The notes under the pieces: model-generated | Database searches by the model: none | The model's input: only the letters and a program-made list of their open reading frames with translations | Told to the model about the DNA's origin: nothing | DNA from: an uncultured Nitrospirota bacterium | GTDB taxonomy: Bacteria > Nitrospirota > Nitrospiria > SBBL01 > SBBT01 | DNA: 59,746 bases | Reading direction: 5' to 3' | Assembly (NCBI GenBank): GCA_964373895.1 | Contig: CAYJWQ010000002.1 | Coordinates: 8,659 to 68,404, forward strand | Program-made: the position numbers and the translations under genes | Part shown: positions 36,748 through 46,205 of the stretch, piece by piece | Numbering within the stretch: the first letter of the stretch is position 1 | How the letters are laid out: every line of letters starts with the position of its first letter

Positions 36748-36836
36748 GGCTAAGTAAGAAATTTATCCTAACGCGGCGAAGCCGCAAAGGGGCTTGGATC
36801 CTCCCCTCATTAAAACATATCAAAAAAGCCTGAAAG

Positions 36837-36865
36837 TTGACAGTTATTTTAAGAAGGTGTTAAAT
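36837..36865 (+). promoter_or_regulatory. candidate sigma70 promoter TTGACA-N17-TTAAAT for tRNA-Lys
   Basis: Perfect -35 and 17-nt spacer, about 27 nt upstream of the mature tRNA 5' end. Confidence 0.45.
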
Positions 36866-36891
36866 GTGCGCGGATTACTGCACACTTTCAC

Positions 36892-36967
36892 GGGCCGCTA
36901 GCTCAGTTGGTAGAGCACCGCCCTTTTAAGGCGGGTGTCCCGGGTTCGAGTCCCGGGCGGCTCACCA
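36892..36967 (+). tRNA. tRNA-Lys (anticodon UUU), CCA encoded
   Basis: gggccgc acceptor, tagctcagttggtagagc D arm, anticodon loop ctTTTaa, T arm ccggg ttcgagt cccgg. Confidence 0.93.
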
Positions 36968-37022
36968 AAGCAGGAATCGTGGCGTTTGGCGTAAGAAGTT
37001 TCACCTTGAAGAGGCTGACCGG

Positions 37023-38390
37023 ATGATTAAACATATATTCTGGTTTGAACTTTCTGCGGCGGTGACGGGTCTCCTGGGCTGCTTGGCCATTATTTTCTTT
37101 GGGATGAACCGGATTTTTCCAGAAACAAATTTCATGGAAATCTGGCTCAAAGAGGCTGTTCCCTCTGCGCCACCGCTGTTGACCGGGACGGGGCTTACGA
37201 CAGACAAGAAGACATTGGCGGTCTCCAATGAGAAGATGCCTTCAGTGGCGCGACTGGCCTTTATCCAAAATGAGGTAAAAAGTCGAAGGCCCGAGGAAAG
37301 GGTCTGGTCCCGCGCGTATGAAGGGGGCAACCTCCATCACATGGATGCCGTTCAGACCATGGGCGGATCGCATGCGGTGCTTGTCTTGAATGGGCGCGAT
37401 TATTTCGATATTCAAGAAAACTCGCTTGTCATGTTGAAGGAGAAGGAAGATGCCTCAAAGAGGCGGAAGTGGATTGCGGAGCTCTCTTATGGGAGCCTTC
37501 GTGTTCAGATGGATGCAAGTGGATTGGAAAATGCCGATATCGAGGTGACCACGCCGACTGCTTTGGCTAAGATCGATTCTGGCAGCAGTCACCCACGCCC
37601 CGCTGATTTCCAGGTTCGCGTAGGATTGGATAAGAGATCATCCATTATGGTGTATAAAGGGGTTGTGAGGGTAAAGGCCCAGGGAGAGAGTGTGGTGGTG
37701 AAGGAAAATCAGATGACCCTTGTTGGCATTGCAGGTTCGCCCGCCGGGCCGCGATCGCTCCGTGCCCCTGTGTTGTTGCTTTCGCCGGAAGAGGGAGGCG
37801 TCTTTTTCTATCGTAATCTTCCCTTTAATGTATCTTTCACATGGTCGCCATCCTTGCAGAGAATGTCTTATCACGTACAGATTGCCAGAGAGGAGACCTT
37901 TCGAGAGCGGGTTCACGATGAAATGGTTTCTGCCACGACCTTTTCTTATAAGGACTTTAAACAAGGGACGTATTGGTGGCGCGTTTCTGCTTTGGACGAA
38001 AATGGGACCGAGGGCCCCTGGAGCATCGCAAGACAAATTGAGGTTGTCCGGAGCGTGGTTCCGTCCATGCTCCATCTGCACGCCCCAAAAGACGGCCTTG
38101 TCGTTACCGAGGAGAGAATATCGATAGAAGGGGTGTCGGATCCGCGCGGCAAGGTCTATGTAAATGGCAGGTCGGTGGCCGTAGATGCGATGGGCCATTT
38201 TAAAAAGGAGGTTCTTCTTAGGCTGGGAGACAATGAAATTGTGGTGGAATCTGTTGATTTAGAGGGAAATGCAATCTTACAGAAACGGGTTGTAATGCGA
38301 AAGCCAGAAGAAGAGGTGACACCCCTTCCAAAGGGTCGGCGTGATAAACGCGGTAAATCCCCTGTTTTAAAAGGGAAATCTAAAGGGTGA
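37023..38390 (+). CDS. membrane-anchored FecR-like/Ig-like repeat protein (hypothetical)
   Basis: N-terminal TM and a central beta-rich region resembling FecR-type domains. The repeat with G.YWWRV.A.D..G..GPWS is typical of Ig/FN3-like modules. The assignment is tentative. Confidence 0.55.
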   Translation: MIKHIFWFELSAAVTGLLGCLAIIFFGMNRIFPETNFMEIWLKEAVPSAPPLLTGTGLTTDKKTLAVSNEKMPSVARLAFIQNEVKSRRPEERVWSRAYEGGNLHHMDAVQTMGGSHAVLVLNGRDYFDIQENSLVMLKEKEDASKRRKWIAELSYGSLRVQMDASGLENADIEVTTPTALAKIDSGSSHPRPADFQVRVGLDKRSSIMVYKGVVRVKAQGESVVVKENQMTLVGIAGSPAGPRSLRAPVLLLSPEEGGVFFYRNLPFNVSFTWSPSLQRMSYHVQIAREETFRERVHDEMVSATTFSYKDFKQGTYWWRVSALDENGTEGPWSIARQIEVVRSVVPSMLHLHAPKDGLVVTEERISIEGVSDPRGKVYVNGRSVAVDAMGHFKKEVLLRLGDNEIVVESVDLEGNAILQKRVVMRKPEEEVTPLPKGRRDKRGKSPVLKGKSKG

Positions 38391-40243
38391 AATTCGGTTT
38401 CATGTTGTCCATTCGACTAAAGTTATTGTTGATACTGTTGTTTTTGGTGACGTTGACGATCAGCGTGGTCGCCGTCATCATGGGTGTCCGCATTCGAGAG
38501 GAGCGGTCGGTCCACATTCTTGACATGGTTTCTTCCGCGGCCCATCAAAGGGCCAGGGAGGCCGATGTCACGCTTGAATCCTACAAACAACAACTGGATC
38601 TCTTTTTGCTCTCCCTTCTTGATGAGACCCTCGATGAAACCAGGAAGGATGAGTCGTTAAAACGGCTTTTTGGCCGTTTTAACGATATCCTATCGGTGAC
38701 CTTTTCCGACAGTGACGGAAACGAACAAGTAACGGTCTATAACGAAGATAAACTTAATGAAGTGGGGGTTGAAAAAACTGATCTCGTCCGAAACCGAAAG
38801 CGACAGGCGATGCGTTTCTTAAAGGAAGATGAAATCATTCTCAAAAATTCGACCCTCTCGTTGACGCTCCCTTCTTTTACGATGGCCTATCAGGTGATGA
38901 TCGGCCCTGATCGACATACTCTTTCCGCGGATATCCATCTTCATAAACTCCTTGGCTTGGTTGGGAGGACAAACAGCTTTGAAACCTTTTTGGTTGACGC
39001 GCAGGGGGCGCTGATTGCCCATCCTGTGATGGGATATATCTTAAAGGGCCAGCGCTTTTCCAATATCCCTGTTGTGAGGGCGTATTTAGAAGGGAGGGAA
39101 TTGTCAGGGCCGCTGGAGTATGAGATGAGTGGGGTCTCCTATCTTGGCATGTACGCCCCCGCCAAGGTGGGTCGGCTTGGGGTCATCGTCCAGGCCCCTA
39201 AAGCGGTTGCTTATCTGGGAGTCGGACCATTGATCCGTACCCTCCTGGTGGTCTCCTTGGCTCTTCTTGTCTTCTCCTCGCTGGTCGGTCTTGTTTGGTC
39301 GATGCGGATGACCCGTCCGATTCAAAACCTGATGGAGATGACATCGCTTGTCTCAAACGGCGACTTTAGTGCCCATTTGAATGCGAGAAGAAGAGATGAG
39401 ATAGGTTTTCTGATCGCTTCGTTTAATGGGATGGCGTCTGCGTTAAGAATGCGGGAGGAGAGACTCAATTCCGCCCACTCTGCGGGTTTGCGATCCGAAA
39501 GAATGGCGGCGTTTGAGCAGTTGGCGGCCGACATCGTCCATGAAGTAAAAAATTCCTTAGCGGGAATATTGACGCATGTCCAGTTGGCCCTGAAAAAAGG
39601 CGCCCCGGAAGGATTGCTAAAGACAGGTCTTCTGACGATTGAGAAAGAGGCGAAAGAGTGTGAAAACGTTATCGAGAAATTAATGAGGTTTGCAAGACAG
39701 GAGCACGTAGAGTTTCTTCCGACCGATATGAATCAGGTGATTGACGAAACGCTGTCGCTGATTGAGCCTGTGCTGGTGAATCATGGAACGATCATAGAAA
39801 AGACGCTGGCCTACCCTCTTCCGAAAATAAATGGGAACGGGAACCAGTTAATGCAGGTTTTAATGAACTTAATGATTAATGCGCAGCAGGCCATGGCCGA
39901 TGGCGGCCGGCTTAAGATCGTCACCCTTCATGAGGCGGACAGGGTGAAGCTTCTTATATCCGATACAGGCCATGGAATCCCAAAAGAAATGCAGCAAAAG
40001 GTCTTTGAGCCCTTTTTCACAACTAAACCGTTAGGAAAGGGGATGGGGCTATCTGTTGCGCATGGTATGATTGAAGGACATGGGGGCCATATTCGCGTTG
40101 AAAGCCAGGAAGGAGAGGGGGCAACTTTTATTTTAACCTTCCCTGTTCTGGAGGGGGCGTCTAATGGCCTGGAAGAGGCGCTCTCTCACGAGAGGCTGGA
40201 ATACGGTGGGGAGAATAACCGATCCGATCCCCAGAATACTTAA
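38387..40243 (+). CDS. sensor histidine kinase with a large periplasmic (Cache-like) domain, HAMP, HisKA and HATPase
   Basis: Two TMs flank about 250 aa. HAMP (RPIQNLMEMT...DEIGFLIASFNGMA), H-box (IVHEVKNSL) and G-boxes (DTGHGIP, GKGMGLSV). The start overlaps the upstream stop. Confidence 0.88.
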   Translation: MKFGFMLSIRLKLLLILLFLVTLTISVVAVIMGVRIREERSVHILDMVSSAAHQRAREADVTLESYKQQLDLFLLSLLDETLDETRKDESLKRLFGRFNDILSVTFSDSDGNEQVTVYNEDKLNEVGVEKTDLVRNRKRQAMRFLKEDEIILKNSTLSLTLPSFTMAYQVMIGPDRHTLSADIHLHKLLGLVGRTNSFETFLVDAQGALIAHPVMGYILKGQRFSNIPVVRAYLEGRELSGPLEYEMSGVSYLGMYAPAKVGRLGVIVQAPKAVAYLGVGPLIRTLLVVSLALLVFSSLVGLVWSMRMTRPIQNLMEMTSLVSNGDFSAHLNARRRDEIGFLIASFNGMASALRMREERLNSAHSAGLRSERMAAFEQLAADIVHEVKNSLAGILTHVQLALKKGAPEGLLKTGLLTIEKEAKECENVIEKLMRFARQEHVEFLPTDMNQVIDETLSLIEPVLVNHGTIIEKTLAYPLPKINGNGNQLMQVLMNLMINAQQAMADGGRLKIVTLHEADRVKLLISDTGHGIPKEMQQKVFEPFFTTKPLGKGMGLSVAHGMIEGHGGHIRVESQEGEGATFILTFPVLEGASNGLEEALSHERLEYGGENNRSDPQNT

Positions 40244-40307
40244 GGTTCTGTGACACAATAGGGCCTTTTCCGCGTTCACTTCGGAAAGGCCTTGCAAGAG
40301 GTGATAT

Positions 40308-41735
40308 TTGGATACGACAGCTCTGTCTATTTTGGTGGTTGATGGTTCACCCGCTTTCCGCTCCATGATGGTTGAACTCCTCAAGAAGATATCAGGGAAT
40401 GTGGTGGAGGCCGCGTCGGCCGAGGAGGCGCTCTCCTTACTGAATCTGCGCCAGTGTGAAATTGTCCTTGCGGATATTGCCGTACTGGGTCTGGAAGAGT
40501 TACCCCTTTTAAAAGCGATCAAAGCGAAAAATGCCGAAACAGAGGTCATTGTTGTCGCTGATGCCAACCTGATTTCGTACGCGATGGATGCGCTTTGCCA
40601 GGGGGCCTACGATTATTTGATTAAACCTGTTGATGATATCAGGCTGGTTTCAGCCATGATTCGGCGGATTACGGATAAACTTTCCTTAGTTGCTGAACGA
40701 AAAAAGCTGTCTTTCGACCTGAAGGGGAAAAATCATGCGTTGAATGAGGGTTATAAGGAAAGGGTCCAATATTCACAGGATGTCTCCTCACTTTACGCGG
40801 CGGAGAAGGAGCTTTTCTCCGGGCTCGATCTGATGGACGTTTATAAGCGATCTGTCGTAAGCCTCTCCCGTCTGGTTGGATTTCACCCGGTTATCCTATG
40901 GTCGTTTTCGGAATCGGATCATCTCTTGCGGCCAGAGGCGAAAAACGGTTTTGACCGGTTGGCTTTAAGTGATCTGGCGATTTCACTTCCCGAGAAGATG
41001 GATTGTTCCGTTTCCGGTATGATCTCCTATGTTGAGAAGACCTTCATGGCGATGACCTCTGTCAGGGCGGCCGTCTTCCAGCCGGTGTTCGGACGTGGGA
41101 AGCAACACGGTTTATTGGGCATGTTCAGTGATTCCATAGATGTATTCTCCAGCAGGGAGATCGAGATTCTTGTCCGTTTCTCGTCATCTGTGGGAATTGC
41201 CATTGAAAACGTGAGGCTTTACGAAGAGGTGGGGGCGCTTTCGATTCGAGATGGCATGACCGGATTGTACAACCGCCGACACTTTGAAGAGGTTTTGGGA
41301 ATGGAGGGTTTCCGATCGGTCCGATATCGTCATCCGGTTTCTCTTGTTTGCATCGATATCGATTACTTTAAGAACTACAACGACCAGTTGGGCCGTTTAA
41401 CGGGGGATGAGGTTTTAAAGCAGATTGCCACCCTCTTGGTGAAGCGGGTGCGTGTCGCCGATATTGTATGCCGTTATGGAGGGGATGAATTCACCATTGT
41501 TCTGCCAGACACCGATAAGAAGAGCGCCACATCGGTTGCCGAGGATATTCGAATCATTATTGCATCGTATCCCTTCCCAAAGACAGAGATGCTGCCCGCT
41601 GGCGCGCTGACGGTCAGTATCGGAATTTCGGACTGTCCCAGCGATGGAGAAAGCTTAAGCGACATTGTGAAGGTTGCCGAGGAGGCGCTCTCACACGCTA
41701 AAATGGCGGGGCGAAACAGGGTCTGCTGCGCGTAA
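40308..41735 (+). CDS. response regulator receiver-GAF-GGDEF diguanylate cyclase
   Basis: ILVVDGS...LADIAV receiver domain, a central GAF-like region and GGDEF (RYGGDEFTIVLPD) with an upstream RxxD-like context. TTG start. Confidence 0.85.
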   Translation: MDTTALSILVVDGSPAFRSMMVELLKKISGNVVEAASAEEALSLLNLRQCEIVLADIAVLGLEELPLLKAIKAKNAETEVIVVADANLISYAMDALCQGAYDYLIKPVDDIRLVSAMIRRITDKLSLVAERKKLSFDLKGKNHALNEGYKERVQYSQDVSSLYAAEKELFSGLDLMDVYKRSVVSLSRLVGFHPVILWSFSESDHLLRPEAKNGFDRLALSDLAISLPEKMDCSVSGMISYVEKTFMAMTSVRAAVFQPVFGRGKQHGLLGMFSDSIDVFSSREIEILVRFSSSVGIAIENVRLYEEVGALSIRDGMTGLYNRRHFEEVLGMEGFRSVRYRHPVSLVCIDIDYFKNYNDQLGRLTGDEVLKQIATLLVKRVRVADIVCRYGGDEFTIVLPDTDKKSATSVAEDIRIIIASYPFPKTEMLPAGALTVSIGISDCPSDGESLSDIVKVAEEALSHAKMAGRNRVCCA

Positions 41736-41739
41736 CCAA

Positions 41740-43131
41740 TCACTTTTCCTTCGGTTTTAACAGGACATAAAAGGCGCGGTTATCGCGGCTGGCCCGCAAG
41801 AGGAGCGTGTCAGACTTACTCGCTTTTTCAACCGTCTTCGTAAAGTCTTCCGCGTTGTTAACCTTGACCTTATTAATCTCTTTGATTAAGTCCCCCTCCT
41901 TTAGGCCCTCCGATTCCGCGGGTCCACCATTTTCCACCTGCGTGATGATCACCCCTTTGTCGGTTTTAATTTTAAACCGCTCTGCTATTTCGGGCGTTAT
42001 ATCCTGCACGTTGAATCCCCAGTAGTTTTCAGGGCGTTTGGGCAGCGAGACGGGGACCGCCTCATCTCTTTTCTCGGCAAGTTCAATGGTCAATATCTTT
42101 TTCTTCCCTTCCCGCATCACCTCGATATGTGTGACGTTTCCTGGCACAAAGCTGGCGATAAGGCGGGCTAAGGTATTAGGGGTATCGACGCTTTTATCGT
42201 CTACCTTCAGGATAATGTCGCCAGGGAGCATGCCGGCTTTGTGGGCAGGATCACCCTCGAAGACTTCGTTTACGAGGACCCCTTCTCCCTCTTTTACGCC
42301 AAACTTGAGCGCAAGCTCCGGCGTCAAAAGCTGAATGCCGACGCCGAGCCAGCCACGGCTCACCTTCCCCTTCATTTTCAATTGCGTGGTCACCGTCTGA
42401 ACCATGTTGGAAGGGATGGCAAAACCGATTCCCTGGGCAAAATTAATGATCGCCGTGTTAATTCCGATCACCTCTCCGCGGACATTAAAAAGAGGCCCTC
42501 CCGAGTTGCCTGGATTGATGGAGGCATCGGTTTGAATGAAATCTTCATAACGGGATAGGTTGACGTTTTCCCTCCCCAATCCGCTGATAACGCCGAGTGT
42601 GACGGTCCGATCCAGACCAAAGGGATTCCCGACGGCGATCACCCATTGCCCCACCCTTGCCTTACTGGAGTCTCCAATTAAAACGTATGGAAGGTCCTCT
42701 GCTGCCTCTATTTTTACGAGCGCCAGGTCGGTGTCCGAGTCTCTCCCGATGATCTTTCCCTTATATTTTGTCTTATCGGAGAGGCGCACTTCAACTTCCT
42801 CGGCGTCTCCAACGACATGGTTGTTGGTCACAATGTAGCCGCCTTTATCAATAATAACGCCCGATCCTGATCCGGGAGGGGTTTCAGGGGATTTCCCGCG
42901 CGGTGTCCCGTGGGGTGTTTTGTCGGGACGGCCGGTTGGATGGGGTTTTTCGGATACCGGGAAAATATTAACGACGCTTGGCTTGACACGTTCAGCCAGG
43001 GCGATAATGGTGTTTTGCAATTCTTCCAGAAACTCAATCCCGTTTCCCCGCCCTTCTTTTGCGTTTGCAAGAGAAGGGACGCAGATTATCCATGCGAGGA
43101 TCACGATCCAGACGGTGGCTCTTTTTGCCAT
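41740..43131 (-). CDS. second DegP/HtrA-family serine protease with two PDZ domains
   Basis: Signal peptide MAKRATVWIVILAWIICVPSLANA and TNNHV/DLAL/GNSGGP catalytic motifs. I prefer the ATG at 43131 (aaagga SD) to 43146. Confidence 0.92.
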   Translation of the reverse strand: MAKRATVWIVILAWIICVPSLANAKEGRGNGIEFLEELQNTIIALAERVKPSVVNIFPVSEKPHPTGRPDKTPHGTPRGKSPETPPGSGSGVIIDKGGYIVTNNHVVGDAEEVEVRLSDKTKYKGKIIGRDSDTDLALVKIEAAEDLPYVLIGDSSKARVGQWVIAVGNPFGLDRTVTLGVISGLGRENVNLSRYEDFIQTDASINPGNSGGPLFNVRGEVIGINTAIINFAQGIGFAIPSNMVQTVTTQLKMKGKVSRGWLGVGIQLLTPELALKFGVKEGEGVLVNEVFEGDPAHKAGMLPGDIILKVDDKSVDTPNTLARLIASFVPGNVTHIEVMREGKKKILTIELAEKRDEAVPVSLPKRPENYWGFNVQDITPEIAERFKIKTDKGVIITQVENGGPAESEGLKEGDLIKEINKVKVNNAEDFTKTVEKASKSDTLLLRASRDNRAFYVLLKPKEK

Positions 43132-43176
43132 TACGGTTCCTTTCATTAATTTTAGGAGAGGTCGATTCGGTAATTC

Positions 43177-43206
43177 ATTCTATAATAATCAAACGACCAT
43201 TGGCAA
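43177..43206 (-). promoter_or_regulatory. candidate sigma70 promoter TTGCCA-N18-TAGAAT for the second HtrA gene
   Basis: Motif reading only. Confidence 0.3.
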
Positions 43207-43279
43207 GGGAGCCTTGTTTCGGAATCGACACGGCAATCGGTAACGATCGGTCAGGATAGCATCTATGCCGGCAATGATG

Positions 43280-43355
43280 TGGTGCCGAGACGCAGAATCG
43301 AACTGCGGACACAAGGCTTTTCAGGCCTCTGCTCTACCGACTGAGCTATCTCGGC
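43280..43355 (-). tRNA. tRNA-Phe (anticodon GAA), CCA encoded
   Basis: The reverse complement reads gccgaga ta gctc agtcggta gagc a gaggc ctGAAaa gcctt gtgtc cgcag ttcgatt ctgcg tctcggc a cca. Confidence 0.93.
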
Positions 43356-43404
43356 AACAGGCGAGGAAAATATCAAAGGTTGCGCCGATTGTCAATAACC
43401 GCCA

Positions 43405-44490
43405 TTACGATTTCATATTTAAGAACCGATACATTCCAATGGAAAGGAACAACAGGTTTGTCCCCCAGCCGGCAAGCCAGGGTGTCAGGATCATTGTATG
43501 CCCCAGTGAAATCACGATTGAGAATACCACCCAGTAAGCAAGCCCGGTTAATAGACAAATCGTTGTTCCGCGAATGATGCCGGCGCCCCGCCGATGTTGT
43601 GTAGCAAAGGGAATTCCGAGGAGAACCATAATAAAATTCGCAAAAGGGAAAGCGCGCTTCCCTTCTAAGTCGGTCCGATATCTGTTTGCGTTAAATCCAT
43701 CTTCTGTAAGCCGGTCTACATAGGTTTGAAGTCTTTCATCTGTCATTTCGATTGGTTCCACGGCATCCTGTAGTATCTCGTCGGCTGTTTGGTTCAACAG
43801 AATGGGTTGTTGATCAAATGTTTTCATCCGGATTGTCCCATCTGATGATCGGAAATTTTTATGGACTCCTGAATATAAAATCCATTTGCCATTTTCATAT
43901 TTCAGTGATCTGGCCTCAATTTCTTCTTCGAAGGAAAAATCACGGCCCAGATAATATAGGTGTACACCGGACATGCGCTCCTTCTCGGGTTCGACCAGTT
44001 GGATGCTTAACAGCGTCCTAGGATTGAACTTGAGCCAGATTCTGTCCTGGATAAGCGTGAGACCGGGAGGTTTATTTTCAATTTTTTCGTTTTGGATAAC
44101 CCTGGCTACCCTTGACGCTTTTGGGATCAGGGTGCCGTTTAAATAAAATAGAATCACACTTGCAATCGCGGCAAGAAAAAGTAGCGGGAGCGTCAGCTTA
44201 AAAACGCTTACCCCGGCACTCATGCAGGCAATGACCTCGTTGTTCCTTGAAAGTTTTCCTACGGTAAAAAGGGTGGCAAGGAGGAAGGAGAGCGGGATAA
44301 CGTCGGCAATTATTTTTGGGAACTTATAGAGGAAGTATCGGAGCACAAAGACGAAAGCGGCGTTGTGCTCTGTGAAGTTTCTTATTTTTTCCAGAAAATG
44401 AATCGACAGATAAACAAGCGTGAGGGCTGCCAGAACAATGAGGAAAATCTTTATAAATTCTTTGAGGAGATACCTGGTAAGTATTGCCAT
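43405..44490 (-). CDS. lptG: LPS export ABC permease LptG
   Basis: MAILTRYLLKEFIKIF start immediately after the lptF stop; YjgP/YjgQ family architecture. Confidence 0.9.
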   Translation of the reverse strand: MAILTRYLLKEFIKIFLIVLAALTLVYLSIHFLEKIRNFTEHNAAFVFVLRYFLYKFPKIIADVIPLSFLLATLFTVGKLSRNNEVIACMSAGVSVFKLTLPLLFLAAIASVILFYLNGTLIPKASRVARVIQNEKIENKPPGLTLIQDRIWLKFNPRTLLSIQLVEPEKERMSGVHLYYLGRDFSFEEEIEARSLKYENGKWILYSGVHKNFRSSDGTIRMKTFDQQPILLNQTADEILQDAVEPIEMTDERLQTYVDRLTEDGFNANRYRTDLEGKRAFPFANFIMVLLGIPFATQHRRGAGIIRGTTICLLTGLAYWVVFSIVISLGHTMILTPWLAGWGTNLLFLSIGMYRFLNMKS

Positions 44491-44491
44491 T

Positions 44492-45616
44492 TTAAATTTT
44501 TGTGAATCGAAAGGGCCACAAGCGCGACTCCAGGACGGTGACAACGAGCAGATAAATGCTGAACGGAACGAGGACCAAATGGGGAATCCAGACGGAGAGA
44601 AAAGGGGTGACAATCCGGGCGGATAACAGGAAATCCCCGAAGACATTCAGTAGGTAATACGTCAGGATAACCCCCATGCCCGCGATAAATCCTCCTGGTC
44701 GTCCAAGCTTGCCCGATAGGATTCCCAAGGGGATGCCCACCATGCCGAGGACAAGAGAGGCGAGCGAAAGCGAAAAATTCTTATAGAATCCGGAAAGTTG
44801 ACGAAGCAATCGCATATCTTTCCCGCGTGAGGTCTCAACCCTCCGTTTAATCTCATCATAAGAAGGGGTATCCGAGTTTCCGGTGGGTTCTTGCATATAA
44901 GAGGCATACTCGATTTTAAAATCGTAAGTGGAAAATGTCATCCGGTGGTGGTTGGGACTGTTTTCGCCCCTTCGATGAAGGCTTCCATTTTTAAGGTGTA
45001 ATTCAACGGCGTGATTCTCTGTGTCGGTCACCAGAATGCCTTTTTGAGCCGTGACGAGGATCGGCATGCCTGGTTTCCTTGCGTCGTAGATGAAGACGCC
45101 ATTCATTTCAGTAAACGTCGGCATCGATTCCACATAAATGACCATATTTTCAAAGACTCCGTTGAATCTTCCTTCTTCCAGCGTGACGAAGGCGTTCCTC
45201 TTTAGGAGGTTGAGCGCAAGTGATTTAAATGATGTCCCTCCCCATGGTTGGGCAGTGAGTCCCATCGTCAGGGTAAGGAGCGCCACAAAGAGAGAGAAAA
45301 AAAAGACAGGATACATGAGGCGGCGCATCCCGATGCCTGCGGACTTTAGCGCAACAATTTCGTTGTCCAGGGAGAGGCGGTGAAAGGTTGTCACGGAGGT
45401 GAAGATCATCGCCATCGGAAGCGTTACGAGAAAAAATGAAGGGAGAAGATAGAGAAAGATTTTTGCGATGCTGATAAAGTCCACTCCTTTGTCGATTGCC
45501 AGTTCCATCAACCTGAATAGTTGGTGAATCAGAATGAGAAAGGTGAGCACAAAGATAGAGAGGAGGAAAGGGGCGGACATCTCTTTTACAAGATAGCGGT
45601 CGAGCGTTTTTAGCAT
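44492..45616 (-). CDS. lptF: LPS export ABC permease LptF
   Basis: MLKTLDRYLVKEM... YjgP/YjgQ family, adjacent to lptG. Confidence 0.9.
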   Translation of the reverse strand: MLKTLDRYLVKEMSAPFLLSIFVLTFLILIHQLFRLMELAIDKGVDFISIAKIFLYLLPSFFLVTLPMAMIFTSVTTFHRLSLDNEIVALKSAGIGMRRLMYPVFFFSLFVALLTLTMGLTAQPWGGTSFKSLALNLLKRNAFVTLEEGRFNGVFENMVIYVESMPTFTEMNGVFIYDARKPGMPILVTAQKGILVTDTENHAVELHLKNGSLHRRGENSPNHHRMTFSTYDFKIEYASYMQEPTGNSDTPSYDEIKRRVETSRGKDMRLLRQLSGFYKNFSLSLASLVLGMVGIPLGILSGKLGRPGGFIAGMGVILTYYLLNVFGDFLLSARIVTPFLSVWIPHLVLVPFSIYLLVVTVLESRLWPFRFTKI

Positions 45617-45807
45617 GGCTTTTGACTATAATGTATGGGGCCTGTTTTGTAAATGAATTTCATAAATGAATTTCAAGCTTGACACATTTGAGAACGATAT
45701 GTTACAAAGAAGCCCCCGATCAAGATACCTATGAGAGGGGGTAGTTGTACGACGTGTCTTTTGCGTTGTGTTTATTAAGAATCTGTGATGTGAAAGGGGA
45801 AATTGAG

Positions 45808-45993
45808 ATGACCAATTGGGTAAAGTTCGTGGGGGCCGTTCTTATTTCTGTTGGATTGGCAGCCTGCTATGGAACTCCACCAAAGGAAGAGCCGAAAGTG
45901 GAGGCGCCTGCTGCGCCTGCTGCGGAAGCGCCTGCTGCGCCTGCTGCGGAAGCGCCTGCTGCAGCGCCTGCGCCTGCAGAACCAGCTCCGTAA
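45808..45993 (+). CDS. small lipoprotein with a Pro/Ala/Glu-rich repeat tail (61 aa)
   Basis: MTNWVKFVGAVLISVGLAAC lipobox. The tail EAPAAPAAEAPAAPAAEAPAAAPAPAEPAP is encoded by 24-bp tandem repeats. SD aagggga, and a strong terminator follows. Confidence 0.7.
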   Translation: MTNWVKFVGAVLISVGLAACYGTPPKEEPKVEAPAAPAAEAPAAPAAEAPAAAPAPAEPAP

Positions 45994-45999
45994 GATTGC

Positions 46000-46036
46000 A
46001 AAAAAGCCTGCTGCATAAAAACAGCAGGCTTTTTTG
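46000..46036 (+). terminator. rho-independent terminator (aaaaaa gcctgctg cataaaaa cagcaggc tttttt)
   Basis: Perfect 8-bp G/C-rich stem with a T-run; the preceding A-run makes it potentially bidirectional. Confidence 0.75.
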
Positions 46037-46088
46037 AGGGCATGCGCGCTTCTTTCGGCGGCCCTGTTTATCCATAACTTATTTACTA

Positions 46089-46138
46089 CCCCCGGATTAA
46101 GGAAAAGCAAGATGCGTTGCCTTAGACGGGGTTTTTTA
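46089..46138 (+). terminator. second, orphan terminator-like hairpin (ccccg..ttaagg....ccttag.cgggg tttttt)
   Basis: Imperfect long stem followed by a T6 run, about 55 nt downstream of the first terminator and upstream of the ffh promoter. Confidence 0.4.
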
Positions 46139-46143
46139 TTGTC

Positions 46144-46173
46144 TTGACTCTATCGTAATAATCTCCATACAAT
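46144..46173 (+). promoter_or_regulatory. candidate sigma70 promoter TTGACT-N18-TACAAT for ffh
   Basis: Motif reading only. Confidence 0.4.
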
Positions 46174-46205
46174 ATGCAGGTTTTTCGGATTCCATATCCA
46201 TAACG

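Noticed and set aside
40250-40265. 12-mer ctgtgacacaat shared (inverted) with 35966-35977
   Set aside because: Exact 12-mers shared by chance are expected many times in about 60 kb on two strands. The flanks do not align.
44491-44646. 52-aa N-terminal extension of lptG overlapping lptF
   Set aside because: The extension overlaps the lptF 3' end in another frame. The canonical LptG N-terminus (MAILTRYLLKEF) starts immediately after the lptF stop.
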